Of a stretch of 64,000 nucleotides of DNA, positions 1 to 11,009 are shown piece by piece. Every line of letters starts with the position of its first letter. The stretch's first letter is position 1. Origin of the DNA: an uncultured Nitrososphaeraceae archaeon (lineage in GTDB: Archaea > Thermoproteota > Nitrososphaeria > Nitrososphaerales > Nitrososphaeraceae); assembly GCA_963765895.1 (NCBI GenBank), contig CAVXZB010000023.1, positions 32,001-96,000 on the forward strand, given 5' to 3'. The notes beneath the pieces were generated by a model. That model ran no database searches. It was given only the letters and a program-made list of their open reading frames with translations, and was not told the DNA's origin. A program made the position numbers and the translations under genes.

Positions 1-1
1 C

Positions 2-121
2 GCAATAACGGGTGGGATGTGGGATATAAGTGAAAGAACAAGCATGGGAATGTGGAAGGCCACAATGATACTATTTGGAGGCCTTGCCGTAATGGTGACA
101 ATTATTATCATGTTTCGTTGA
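2..121 (+). CDS. 3' end of a membrane protein (partial, runs off window)
   Basis: Manual translation of frame 2: AITGGMWDISERTSMGMWKATMILFGGLAVMVTIIIMFR*, with a C-terminal hydrophobic helix. Confidence 0.55.
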   Translation, partial: AITGGMWDISERTSMGMWKATMILFGGLAVMVTIIIMFR

Positions 122-314
122 GGCCAAAAATATTAAATTTGATTAGTTTAGATCAAATTAGATTCCAGAACATATAGGGTTTATTTGGCAAGGCTATTAG
201 AACTATGCTGCACAAAGGCAAATAGCTAGAACAGGCGTGATTAGAATCAATCTATCTAATTTGGAGACCTGTGCTCAAAAGGATTAAAAGAGGTAATATG
301 AAACTTTATTTAAT

Positions 315-611
315 TTGCGCGTAATCGCCATTGGAAGTCGCGTTTTTGTGACTAGTTTTCAACTTGCTGGTGTTGAAGGAATAAAAATATCTTCATCTGC
401 TCAAATACTGAGTGAAATTAATAAATTACGGTCGTCCGAGGACGTCGGCCTCATTCTTCTGAGTGATGACATGGCAAAAGAGATTCGCTTTCAGCTGACT
501 GACATAAGATCAAAAAAACCTATACCTTTAATCTTTGAACTACCTGCTCCTGGAAGCACAAAAGAAAGTATTGATTACAGAGCGTTACTTAAGCAAATTC
601 TGGGTGTATAG
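315..611 (+). CDS. atpF: A/V-type ATP synthase subunit F
   Basis: 98 aa; IAIGSRVFVTSFQLAGV N-terminus, P-I-P-L-I-F-E-L-P motif, C-terminal ILGV. Confidence 0.9.
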   Translation: MRVIAIGSRVFVTSFQLAGVEGIKISSSAQILSEINKLRSSEDVGLILLSDDMAKEIRFQLTDIRSKKPIPLIFELPAPGSTKESIDYRALLKQILGV

Positions 612-646
612 TTGAATAGAACTGAATTTGTTGTGCAATCTCCTAA

Positions 647-1426
647 TCAGCTTGGAAGTTCCAGTTCAGCTATTTTTCTTCCGAATATAAGGTAGGCGGT
701 ATGTCCAATCATCCTCATCGAGGGTCTTGTCATTCCTTCCCTCGCTTCAATGGTTCTTATAAAAACTTCGCTGCAGTCGATATCAACAAACCCGTTTTTG
801 AGTGCTATGGCAGTTTTTTCTACTTGATTGACTGTAGGACAAATTGCTACAAAGGATCCGCTTTCTTTTAGTGCTATATAGACCTGTGGGACTATGGTCC
901 AAGGATCTCCCAGGTCAACGATTGCCACATCAAAATCCTTTTCTTCGATAGCATGATGGGCATCAGCTTCGTTTAGGGTCGCAAATTCTGACATGCCAGC
1001 TTTGCCTAGATTTCGACTTGCTATGATTATTGACTCATGGTTAATATCGTATGAGTGAATATGACCCGTTGGTTTAACTATACTAGCAAGGAACGTGGTT
1101 ATAGCACCGCTTCCAGTACCAATCTCGAGAATCTGCGATCCACTAGTTATTCCTGCTCTTACGACAATATATCCAAGATCTTTAGGATACACAATTTGCG
1201 TTCTCCGCTCTGATTTCATTATAAAATCGTGAACTGTGGGCTTTACAAGGTAGATGACTTTACCGAGTGGAGTCTGAAGAAATGATCCATAGTTCATTCC
1301 AATAATAGATGGTATATCTATTACTCCTAGATGGGTATGTAGTTTCTTTTCTGACGTTACCTTAACTAGCCATTTCTTAGTTCGATTATGAAATAACAAC
1401 ACATAGGAGCCTTCTTCGATACTCAT
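647..1426 (-). CDS. trmI: tRNA (adenine-N1)-methyltransferase
   Basis: RRTQIVYPKD, SAM motif EIGTGSG, DLGDPW, TRPSMRMIGHTAYL. Confidence 0.92.
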   Translation of the reverse strand: MSIEEGSYVLLFHNRTKKWLVKVTSEKKLHTHLGVIDIPSIIGMNYGSFLQTPLGKVIYLVKPTVHDFIMKSERRTQIVYPKDLGYIVVRAGITSGSQILEIGTGSGAITTFLASIVKPTGHIHSYDINHESIIIASRNLGKAGMSEFATLNEADAHHAIEEKDFDVAIVDLGDPWTIVPQVYIALKESGSFVAICPTVNQVEKTAIALKNGFVDIDCSEVFIRTIEAREGMTRPSMRMIGHTAYLIFGRKIAELELPS

Positions 1427-2013
1427 AATTGGTACTCGAACGCTTTTAATATGATAAAAATCTTCGTTATTCTATTGAATTTTGTCAATAAATATTTACA
1501 AAATAGGTATTGCACTATTAGATCAATATTGAAATCTCTGGTAGCAGATGTAGTCTAGAAAGCCAAGAGGTTTGACGGAACCAATAAGACCTTTAATAGA
1601 ACTAAATTATATTTACAAATTCGGATAATACTGCGTACATATACAACATTTAGTTAGCGCATGGCGACTACCTTTGGCTAAGCCCCAGTAACTGAATAAT
1701 TAGTAGAGGGACAATTTTCCGTTGTTTAAATTCATTTAATGTAACGTAAGAGCCATGAAATTTGCACGCGGCAAACTAAACCCTGAGGTCTTTGTAAAAA
1801 TAAGTGTTAATTTGGTATGTCAAACTATAAGACCTGTGCTTATATAAAACAATCCACAAAGTTCGAGACTATCAGGAATTATCTATTTACAAAATAATTC
1901 GCGTTAGGGCTACTGAAAATATCACTTTTTGACCTTCTGAAGTATATGGCTTTTCATCATCTGGTAATTGCATTCTAATCTGATCACACATTATGGAGAA
2001 CCTGCTCTTGGCT

Positions 2014-2529
2014 TTATCCGCCAGTTAGTCTAATAAATCTATTTTCTCCGTTAGTATGTTTTACAGCCAATGCTGCATAATCTAGATTTGCCAGTGCTAT
2101 TGTAGCCGACTTTCTCACTTCTTCATTTGGGTCACTAAGCGCTCCATTCAAAACATCTCTAGCTTTTTCAGATCCAATGACTCCTAACGCAATGGCTGCT
2201 TCATGCCTCACGAAAAAACTAGCATCCGTTTTGACGGCGTCGGCAAGTGCTTCGATTGCACTAGAAAATCCCAGCTGTCCCAAGGAGAATGCTGCTTCAT
2301 GTCGGACAAGCGGCTCCATGTCAGTTCTAAGAACTGTACCAATATCCCTAACTACTGATTCGGTTGAAATATCCGCAAGTATGCAAACTGCCCTAGTCCG
2401 AATTACCATATCCCGATGATTTAGTAGCGCGATAAAGTAGTTTACATTGTGGTTTTCATACTGCCGCTCCATCTCTTCTAATGTACTCATTCTGCTATCC
2501 GGACCTTCAATCGAGTTAATAGTATCCAT
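2014..2529 (-). CDS. HEAT/PBS-lyase repeat protein with two HE motifs (half-DOHH-like)
   Basis: Repeats VRHEAAFSLGQLG, VRHEAAIALGVIG, EVRKSATIAL. Confidence 0.85.
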   Translation of the reverse strand: MDTINSIEGPDSRMSTLEEMERQYENHNVNYFIALLNHRDMVIRTRAVCILADISTESVVRDIGTVLRTDMEPLVRHEAAFSLGQLGFSSAIEALADAVKTDASFFVRHEAAIALGVIGSEKARDVLNGALSDPNEEVRKSATIALANLDYAALAVKHTNGENRFIRLTGG

Positions 2530-2625
2530 AAGATTTGTCTAGGTCAAGATGAACACTTATTTTTTTGTTGTGGCGTACTTTTCCGAATAACCTCGACGAT
2601 TTAATAAGGGTCAAAGTCAGATACT

Positions 2626-3093
2626 ATGAGAATGAGGATAAGATATTGGAGATTAGCGATATCAGAAGTTTTAAAAGCCAAATATCCAGTTAACAAAGTC
2701 AATCATTGGGAAATTAAATGCATGATGGGGGAGTACCAACACTTTGGGGTATTCTGGTACAAGTATGGCACTCCATTTGACAAGGAACCTATCCCCGGAA
2801 TATGCCTTTATTACAATGAGATTCCTCATACGACTGTAGAAGAAATCGTTCAGTTGTTATACGAAAATTTTGGGGGCAATATTCAATATCGACAAACAAG
2901 GGTTTTCTTACGCGGCTCAAAGGAATTTGCAGCAGCAGACCAAGTCGGCATGTTGGCAAATCAACTGAGTCTGAAATTCAACTCTCCAGCTGAAATCAGT
3001 ATTGAATTTGAAAGGATAACCGAGGAAGAAAAGCTGCTGGAATCTCTGAGTCTTCCGGCCGCTAAAGCATTACCAATTGTAGGTCCTGATTAG
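2626..3093 (+). CDS. hypothetical protein
   Basis: 155-aa ORF with TATA-like ttaataa about 20-25 nt upstream, divergent from the HEAT gene. Confidence 0.75.
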   Translation: MRMRIRYWRLAISEVLKAKYPVNKVNHWEIKCMMGEYQHFGVFWYKYGTPFDKEPIPGICLYYNEIPHTTVEEIVQLLYENFGGNIQYRQTRVFLRGSKEFAAADQVGMLANQLSLKFNSPAEISIEFERITEEEKLLESLSLPAAKALPIVGPD

Positions 3094-3243
3094 TATTAGA
3101 TTTTGGAAGATTGCAATTATGTAAGTATTACGGAAGTTCTTATATAGATCCCACGCAAATCAGGACTCTAATGAATCTGAAACGTGACTTTTATAATAAT
3201 TTGCAATATTGATATAGGCGGAAACAGATGATGAGGTGGATCA

Positions 3244-3711
3244 ATGGGAAATGTATCGTTAAATGAAGCTATTCTTTTATTGCAGAATTCGAGAGTCGCG
3301 GATTTTAACCTCTGGCGATTTAAGAATTTGACTTTAAAACTAGATTTAAGTGATATGGATTTTTCTGACAAAAATCTGTCGGGTGCTTGTCTGAACGGGG
3401 CCTTATGCACACGTTCAAATTTTTCCGATAGCAAGCTATCTCGCATCAACCTAGTTCAAGCAGATCTCACTGATGCCGATCTCACAAGGGCAGATCTAGC
3501 AGGAGCGTTATTAATGTTGGCCGAGATGGATCGCTGTAGCCTGATTGATGCAAATTTGACGGCAACCAATTTAATGGGGGCAAGACTGCGAAACGCCAAC
3601 CTATCTGGTAGCAAGATGATACGGACAGTCTTGATTGAAGCAGATCTTAAGGATACTAATATAAGTGTAGAAGGACGGAGTCAAGCATATACCAAATTTG
3701 CAAAGTTCTAA
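3244..3711 (+). CDS. pentapeptide repeat protein
   Basis: A(D/N)LXX repeats: ADLTDADLTRADLAGA, ANLTATNLMGARLRNANLSG. Confidence 0.9.
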   Translation: MGNVSLNEAILLLQNSRVADFNLWRFKNLTLKLDLSDMDFSDKNLSGACLNGALCTRSNFSDSKLSRINLVQADLTDADLTRADLAGALLMLAEMDRCSLIDANLTATNLMGARLRNANLSGSKMIRTVLIEADLKDTNISVEGRSQAYTKFAKF

Positions 3712-4052
3712 TGGAAATCTCTCCTAGAAGCCATATTCGCGCAACTAATCCTGCTTTTGATTATTCCTGGCTTTAATCAGTATCAAATTTCTATTCGATT
3801 TAATGACTTTCGTATTGTAAATTCTATATTACTTATTAAGACGGTTCTATCCAAGTTGACCGTAATATTTCCTATTTTGCAAAATGGCAGGTTAGGTCAA
3901 TGAAATAGATAGCGATCGTTCTTATGGGTAGCAAGAGTGATTTAATTACTCATCAGGCCTAAAAAATAGCGACAAAAAATACTGAGTAAACGTAACGCAA
4001 CTGATGGTGCTTCTATTATGTAATATTCAGGCCCAACTTGGCTTCAGCAGAA

Positions 4053-4911
4053 CTAACAGTCTAAGATCTCTGCCATCATTAATCCGTGAATGGTTTGCTG
4101 AGACATCATGTGTCCTAATAATGTTCGCTCCATTTTTCACAGATTTTATTTCGGCAACTATCGAGGCAACTAAGCGGTCCTCCGTTCTTGAATTTAATAA
4201 ATGACCGATGAAAGACTTCCTCGAAACTGACACACATATAGGCTTTTGAAAATTTTTCAATTTGGTTAAGTTTAGAATTGCCTCTATATCACGAATATAA
4301 AATTCTGCACCTTGAATTTTAGTAAAGAATGGGTTTTTACCTTCACTCCTGAAAAATCCAATTGATGGATCGATAATGACCTTATTCTCTGCAATCTTGG
4401 CTTGACGTGATATTGCTAAGCTTTCTCGCAAGAATTTTTTCGTTGCTGAAATCTGCCAGGAAGAGTGCAGTGACGGACCGCCGTATGCTCCAAGTATTAT
4501 CGGTGTCTTGGTGTCCGCCACAATCTTAGCCATGTTTGCATCAAATTTGAGTCCAGAAATGTCATTAACGGCATCAGCACCTGCTTCGATTGCTTCTTTT
4601 GCAACAGCCGACCTTGGCGTATCAGCTACTATTGGAAGATTACAACTTACCTTAACTGCTTTGACTGCATCAACCATCCTCCTTACTTCTTGGTTGAGTG
4701 GGATGAGTGTCTGCAGATATGGGGCAGTCGACATTGCACCTATATCTATTAGACTGGCTCCCATATCTTCCATACTCTGCGCAGTTTTCGCGATCTCTTC
4801 GAATCTTGTCAGGACAGATCCCTTGTAAAATGATTCTGGACTAACGTTTATTATTCCCATTACCCTCACAGGTGCATTATTACCTACGCACACTTCTCCT
4901 AGAAAAGTCAA
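4053..4911 (-). CDS. folP: dihydropteroate synthase (probable 1-nt insertion near 4100 alters the C-terminus)
   Basis: MGIINVSPESF, IDIGAMST, NDISG, IIDPSIGF, SVSRKSF, IIRTHDV; removing one base near 4100 gives HDVQQTIHGLMMAEILDC*. Confidence 0.9.
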
Positions 4912-5118
4912 TTATTGGGATCACATTACAACTCAGAATTGCTTTTTTATATAAACAGTCTTGTTTATACATGAGACTAGCTAAGGTTAATATAGAACTC
5001 GCAATCTTTCTCTTGATAAAATATGCCTGTGATATACGTTGTATTGAATTACGATATTATGAATTGGTTCCTGGGAAAAGTGTTCTTTAACTAAAAGTCA
5101 ACATGGTAGATATACTCA

Positions 5119-7784
5119 ATGGTCAGAACGCTTGACAAGACTCACACCGTTCTCTCCTATATTGAGGGGAGTCTTAAAAACGTAACGATTGTTAATGGCA
5201 AAAGTAAATTTCCAGGGTTCATTTTTTCTCTGCTAAATCCACCGATCCCATTAGGCGGAAACATTGTATCTCTTGATTTATACGTTGACGAAATCCCTAT
5301 TGCAAAGAAATCAATCTTTGTCGCTACTTCCGATGACGTGGTCAATGCGTCCACTATCTCAGAAAACAGACCCATATCTTTTAGACCCTTTCAAAGTGCT
5401 AGATTTTTAATAACAAGGGATTATATGTTAGAAAAGACCAAGAAACACAAAATAGTCATACTTAGCAAGCTTGAGGGATTTGAGCAAATAATTATCCCAT
5501 TTACATTCAGAGACCGTGCTGGAGATCAGAGGGAAAGAATATTTATTCCGTCGAACATTTTTGACGAAGCAAATTTTGCTACCGATAGTTATGATACAAT
5601 TTTTAAAAATTTTATGAGTCCTCTAATCCTTTCGAATAAAAAGGCATATGTTGTTTGTTCATCGAATGCAAATCTTTCAGCAAATTGGACGTGGATGGGG
5701 GCAAGATATGATAACGGCGGACTATATGTACCTCCAGCGAGAGCTTTTGGAAGGATTAATGTAGAGATCTCAATAGAAGGCGAAGTCCGCAAAAGACTTC
5801 CGAATTTTGTTGCGTCATCTAAACACGAAAATGGAATCCTCTATACAAGACATGAAGTTTCTGGGTTGCAAGTTAAGAGAACCTTATTTTTGCCCTTGAG
5901 TCACAGAGGGTTTGTTATGCGTCTAGAGCTATCAGATAAGACATTGGACTATAAGAAACTAGGATTAAGAAGGAAGACTAGTAGGCCACAAAGAAAGATA
6001 AGAATTCATTTTTTGATAGATGGAAATATAACAAGTTACGGCTTGGGCAGCAATCTCACAACATAACTCGACTGATCTGATTGATAATGAAAATTGTCTT
6101 CTCATCCAAACTGCTGCTAGGAGGGACATTGCGCATTATTATGGAACGATAGGTGTTTCCCCTAAAACATTGAAACCTTCCAAAGTCCTGACTGATTCTT
6201 TCGATAATGACCTGGAGATTTCCTATGACTTAGTAATCGAACCGGACAAGAATGTTGAGATTGCGTTGATAGGAACAGGAAGCTATATCAGTTCTCAAGA
6301 TTGCATTGAAGAATACAAATTTTTGAGAGAAAATTATCAACGATTGCTACAAGATACCGAGATTTATTTCAAGGGATTATCGTCTTCCCTTCTTCATATC
6401 CAATCGACTCCACATCAGAACTCCACTTTCTCAAAACTTATCAAGGCATACGAAAAAGCCAGAATGAGTATGGAATATTTAAAGGCCGACTATGATGAAT
6501 TAGGTCCTGGCATATGTGCAGGTCTTCCTCGTTTTCCGAATTATTGGGCTAGAGATACTGGTTGGTCGTTAAGAGGGTATATTTCTCTCGGAGATTATGA
6601 TTTTGTCCTAGATGTCCTAGAAAATTTTTTTAAACACCAGGCCCGAAGAACGGCGGGATCGGCAACCCGAGGCGAACTGCCAATGATAATTAGTGGTAAG
6701 GCCTTTCTTCACAACACCACTTTTGGATCAGCTGATTCTACATTTTTATTTCCTTGGATAATCCGAGAATATGTCTATTCTACTGGAGATGTAAAGTACC
6801 CTAAGGAAGAGATGGAGAAACATAACTGATCTCGTAAATTGGGGTTTTTCAAAAGATGTGGACGGTGATGGTCTAATCGAGCATGGATTTACAGGAATTG
6901 CTGAGAAACTCCCGATCCAAGACTCGACTTGGATGGATCATATCGATCGAAGGAAGAGTGCAAATGATGTTCAAGCTCTTTTTTATGAATGTCTAAATAT
7001 TGGGAGTGAATTGGCAACAATCGTTGGCGATCACAGTAACGAACAAAAATGGTCAAACAATTCAAGATTATTGCGAGATCGTATTGATCATGTCTATTGG
7101 AATGAAAATAGTGGATTCTACTATGATACTATCCGTAGGGATGGAAGCAGGGATTCAAGCATTAGACCTAATGCACTTATCCCCATCCTAACAGACATGG
7201 TCAGTGAAAAGACCAAAGCGGAATCAGTATTGAGAAGGATTGAAAAGAGTGACTTGACTACTCCTTGGGGAGTACGAACGTTAAGCTCTCTCGATCCGAA
7301 ATACCATCCAACTTTATATCATGATGGAGCAGTCTGGCCACTTGTCACAGGATGGGCTGCAATTTGCGAAATCAAATATGGTAGGAGAGAACAAGCCTTG
7401 TATTATCTAGAATGTATGGCAGAGAGAATTCTCGCAGAAAATGGCATGTTTGCCGAAACTTACCGAGGTGATAGGCCTGAACCATTTAATTCGTGCATTC
7501 TCCAAGCTTGGTCAGTTGGAATGTACATCTACGCTTTGCGTGAGATGATGCTTGGTATGAGAATTGATATGACCAAAAATCGAATCCAGTTTGAGCCTCA
7601 GATTCCCGAATCTTTAAAGAATAATTCTGTACCTATAACTTTTGAACATACCCTAACAAGTGTATCAGAGAAATGTAGAATTCATGTGGTCTTAGACCCC
7701 ACACGCGATAAATTGTCAATCAAATATAAAGACCACGAATTAAAGAATATTCAAATGTTAAGTAGCACGTATTCAGTTGAATAG
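5119..7784 (+). CDS. amylo-alpha-1,6-glucosidase / glycogen debranching-like (alpha/alpha)6 glycoside hydrolase, split by two +1 frameshifts (about 6046 and 6800)
   Basis: AGLPRFPNYWARDT, SADST, TWMD, SIRPN, TPWGVRTLS, YHDGAVWP, QAWS motifs across three consecutive ORFs offset by +1 each. Confidence 0.85.
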
Positions 7785-7906
7785 AGGATAAATCACGTCC
7801 TGCCGTCTGACCTTTCATTTAGCAATAGATCAACTATCCTAGGAAATCAATTTAGTCCCGATCAAACACATAGAGTTTTGGAAAATAATTCCAAGGAAAC
7901 CGACCG

Positions 7907-8319
7907 CTATACTCTACGGCCCCTTCGTCCCCCAGGTTTACGAGTGGTATCATGAGGTATCGGAGTGACGTCGTCAATTCTACCGATTCTAAATCCAGCC
8001 CTAGCAAGAGCTCTAATAGCAGCTTGTGCGCCAGGACCAGGTATCCTGGGACCTACTCCCCCTACAGCCCTGACTCGAATATGAAGCGCATTAATGCCCT
8101 TTGTCTTGGCCACATCTGCTGCCAGCCACAGCAGATTTCATAGCCAGCATATGGCGATGACTCATACCTATCAGCGGTAACATGCCTCCCCCCAGAGCTA
8201 AATGAGATTGTCTCTGCGCCACTAATATCGGTAATATGAACCAATGTATTATTATAACTACTAAAGATATGTGCTACTCCCCACTTGTACTTAAATAGAT
8301 CTTCGGTTTCGCTACTCAT
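7907..8319 (-). CDS. rps11: 30S ribosomal protein S11 (two apparent 1-nt insertions at about 8123 and 8145)
   Basis: [13 protein letters not shown]...ESSPYA and [14 protein letters not shown]...DVTPIPHD...GGRRGRRV; repaired junction reads YAAMKSAVAAADVAK. Confidence 0.95.
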
Positions 8320-8493
8320 GCCACTTCTTGAATGTCTGCAGGTATATTAACTTAAGGAGATAACATGCTCACGGAGGATCTAGCCAATAGAGTTATTGGC
8401 TTCTGCATCTCCTTTATGTAGTCTGAATTAAAATTAATATTCTAATCATGTAAACTTTTTGTGCGATTTATCTTGTTTTTAAACTGCTCGAGA

Positions 8494-9493
8494 TTATGAA
8501 AGATGAGTATATCCCCTATTTTCAAGCAGTGAGTATTTATTTTCCTTCCTGGAACGTATGAATACATTTCCAGAGCCATTCGTAGCTTCGCCTATCACTA
8601 AAAACTTTATTCTTGATCTCTTAGCACAAGAGATAGCTTGTTTAAAGTTTGATCGCGGAATTGTAGCGACTATCTCATATTCCTCCCCGCCATGGAATAT
8701 TAATTCTCTTGAACTCAAGTCGTTATGTTTCACGAATTCAGTCAAATCTAATCCATACGGAATCCTCTTTATTAGGATATCTACATTACTTTGTGTTGCA
8801 AGTTCGTAAAGCGACGTTGCAAGGCCGTCGCTAGAATCAATGGAGGACGAAAAATACTTTGATAGGATCGTGCCAAACCGAATTCTAGGTATTGGCATCA
8901 TTACCGAACTAATGGCTTTTTTTCTAAATTTCTCTGTGGCTTTCGCTCGATCCATAATGATTTTTAGCCCAGCTGGTGGATAGCCAAACATTCCAGAAAC
9001 AATTATCAAATCACCAGGACCTGCTCCATTTCTACCAGGGATCTCTAGATGGCTTCTATAGGTAATTCCTATAACACAACAATCTATAATCAATTCCTTT
9101 GTCTGATTTGTATCCCCTCCTGCTATTATGAAACCAAATTCTCGTGACGCCATCCGAAACCCCTCAACCAGACTCGCAATTGCTTTTGCTGAATAATCCA
9201 CAGGGATTCCTACAGAAATTAAAGATACATATGGTTTGGCGCCCTTGGCAGAGAGATCACTGATAACCGATACAATGCTTTTTCTGGCAATTTGCCATGG
9301 TTTCATTCCAGCAGGTACATCAGTACTTTCTACTAGCATATCACATTTGAAAACTACAGCATGCGATAATGAGATAGCCGCTTAATCTCTCCGGAGGAAT
9401 GACAGTAACATCATTTTGCCCAAAATCTTTCAAATTATTCTGTTTAAGTTTGGCAATAAAGAGCTGAATTATTTGTTTTTCATCTAATTTCAT
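8494..9493 (-). CDS. thiL: thiamine-monophosphate kinase (frameshift near 9380)
   Basis: N-terminus MKLDEKQIIQLF...GQNDV in an adjacent frame; KCDMLVESTD, SDLSAKGA, GGDTN, DSSDGL, GGEEYEIV, GYTH. Confidence 0.9.
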
Positions 9494-10796
9494 CATATAC
9501 CAGCTTCGCTCTACTAATCACTTGTCCGTACAGAGCACTAGCCTTGTCTGCCAACGATTCAACTGAAATGCGTACAGCATGTTCAGTGTTTGAAGGTCTT
9601 ATAAGGACCCATGAATTTTCGTCGATTATTAATTTAATTCCATCAATCTCGGAGGCCTCAGAAGAAATAGGACCAAGCTCATCGTATAACCTCTCTATCA
9701 GATCTTTATGTAACCTGGAATCAGCGGCAAGTTTTGATCGAATTTGGACATATTTTGACGATAATCTCAGGCAATCAGTCATTGATTTACGATCTAGTGA
9801 TGAAATAAGAACGCCTGCTAGTAGCCCATCCCTGCACATATTAAATTTAGACATAATAAAGCCGGCACTGCTTCCTTCACCACCTGCCTCTGCGCTTGAT
9901 TCAGACATCTTCTTAACTACATTAGCTTCGCCTACCTTTGAGTAATACGCCGTGCCGTTATGGTTGGCAATAAATTCCTTCACAGATATGCTAGTATCCA
10001 CGCTTATCGCAAAGTTTCTAATTCCAAGTCTCACTGCATTTGCTACACAAAATAAAAGCGTTACATCAGATGTTAACTTCCTCCCTGTCTTATCGATAAC
10101 TACTAGTCTATCTCCATCTAGATCTAAAGCCAAGCCTAAATCTAGAGAGTTGCACCTGACCAGCGCCCTTAATTCCCTAAGATCGTCTACGGTCGGATCT
10201 GGATTTCGTGAATGAATACCGGCTGTATCATTTATGCTAGCGACTCTATATCCTAGATTTCGAAACAGGATATTTGAATACTGACAAGCCGCTCCACCAC
10301 CTGGGTCAAGACCAATCTTTATTTTCTCCGCCATCTGTATACTCTGTGCCAGTTCTAGCAATTCTTTGATGTAGCTTGAGAAAAAACTAACTGACCGACC
10401 AAAATTATTAGACTGTTGCTGAACCGCTCGATCGAGCATGATATCTAATTCATTTTCATAGAGACCCCTACCATTAATAACAAATTTCAAGCCATTCCAA
10501 TCTAAGGGATTATGAGAAGCTGTTATAACGCAGCCGGCATGATAATTTCTAGCTTCGCGAAAAACTACTGGAGTTGGCGCTATATCGATGTTGTATACGT
10601 CTATGCCCTGCGCCATTAATGCCGACTCAACAACCCTAGCAATAATATGACTGGAAGGTCTAGTGTCTCTGCCTAAGACACATTTTCCTCCCAAATCTAA
10701 GAGACCTGATCCAAATAATCTACCTAATCTGTAAACCTCATTTATAGTCAGATCTTGCCCATATACTCCTCTTATACCGGAGACCGATATTTTCAT
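9480..10796 (-). CDS. phosphomannomutase/phosphoglucomutase family phosphohexomutase
   Basis: SVSGIRG, TASHNP, DLDGDR, GEGSS, RPSNTE. Confidence 0.9.
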   Translation of the reverse strand: MKISVSGIRGVYGQDLTINEVYRLGRLFGSGLLDLGGKCVLGRDTRPSSHIIARVVESALMAQGIDVYNIDIAPTPVVFREARNYHAGCVITASHNPLDWNGLKFVINGRGLYENELDIMLDRAVQQQSNNFGRSVSFFSSYIKELLELAQSIQMAEKIKIGLDPGGGAACQYSNILFRNLGYRVASINDTAGIHSRNPDPTVDDLRELRALVRCNSLDLGLALDLDGDRLVVIDKTGRKLTSDVTLLFCVANAVRLGIRNFAISVDTSISVKEFIANHNGTAYYSKVGEANVVKKMSESSAEAGGEGSSAGFIMSKFNMCRDGLLAGVLISSLDRKSMTDCLRLSSKYVQIRSKLAADSRLHKDLIERLYDELGPISSEASEIDGIKLIIDENSWVLIRPSNTEHAVRISVESLADKASALYGQVISRAKLVYDEIR

Positions 10797-10897
10797 AGAA
10801 ACCTTAGAGATCCCCGCTATATTATATTGATTTGCTATTCATAACATATTACATATTAACAATTAAATATAGACTAAGCAAATTTTCGTCATCTTTT

Positions 10898-10972
10898 GCC
10901 CTAGTAGCTCAGACTGGTCAGAGCGAAGGTTTCGTAAACCTTAGGTCGTGGGTTCAAATCTCACCTAGGGCT
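10898..10972 (+). tRNA. tRNA-Thr(CGT)
   Basis: Acceptor GCCCTAG/CTAGGGC, anticodon arm AAGGT-TTCGTAA-ACCTT, T-arm GTGGG-TTCAAAT-CTCAC; AT-rich TATA-like box about 30 nt upstream. Confidence 0.93.
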
Positions 10973-11009
10973 TAATAGGTCAAGATGCAATTTAGAACCA
11001 GCGTGGTAT

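Noticed and set aside
315-611. Isolated atpF, rps11 and pyrI as anomalies
   Set aside because: Dispersal of these operons is plausible lineage-typical organisation; partners may lie outside the window
7907-8319. Programmed frameshifting or true pseudogenisation of rps11, sdhA, tes, thiL, archease and others
   Set aside because: No slippery heptamers; the genes are essential and otherwise undecayed; the breaks are small insertions at recurring motifs, typical of sequencing error
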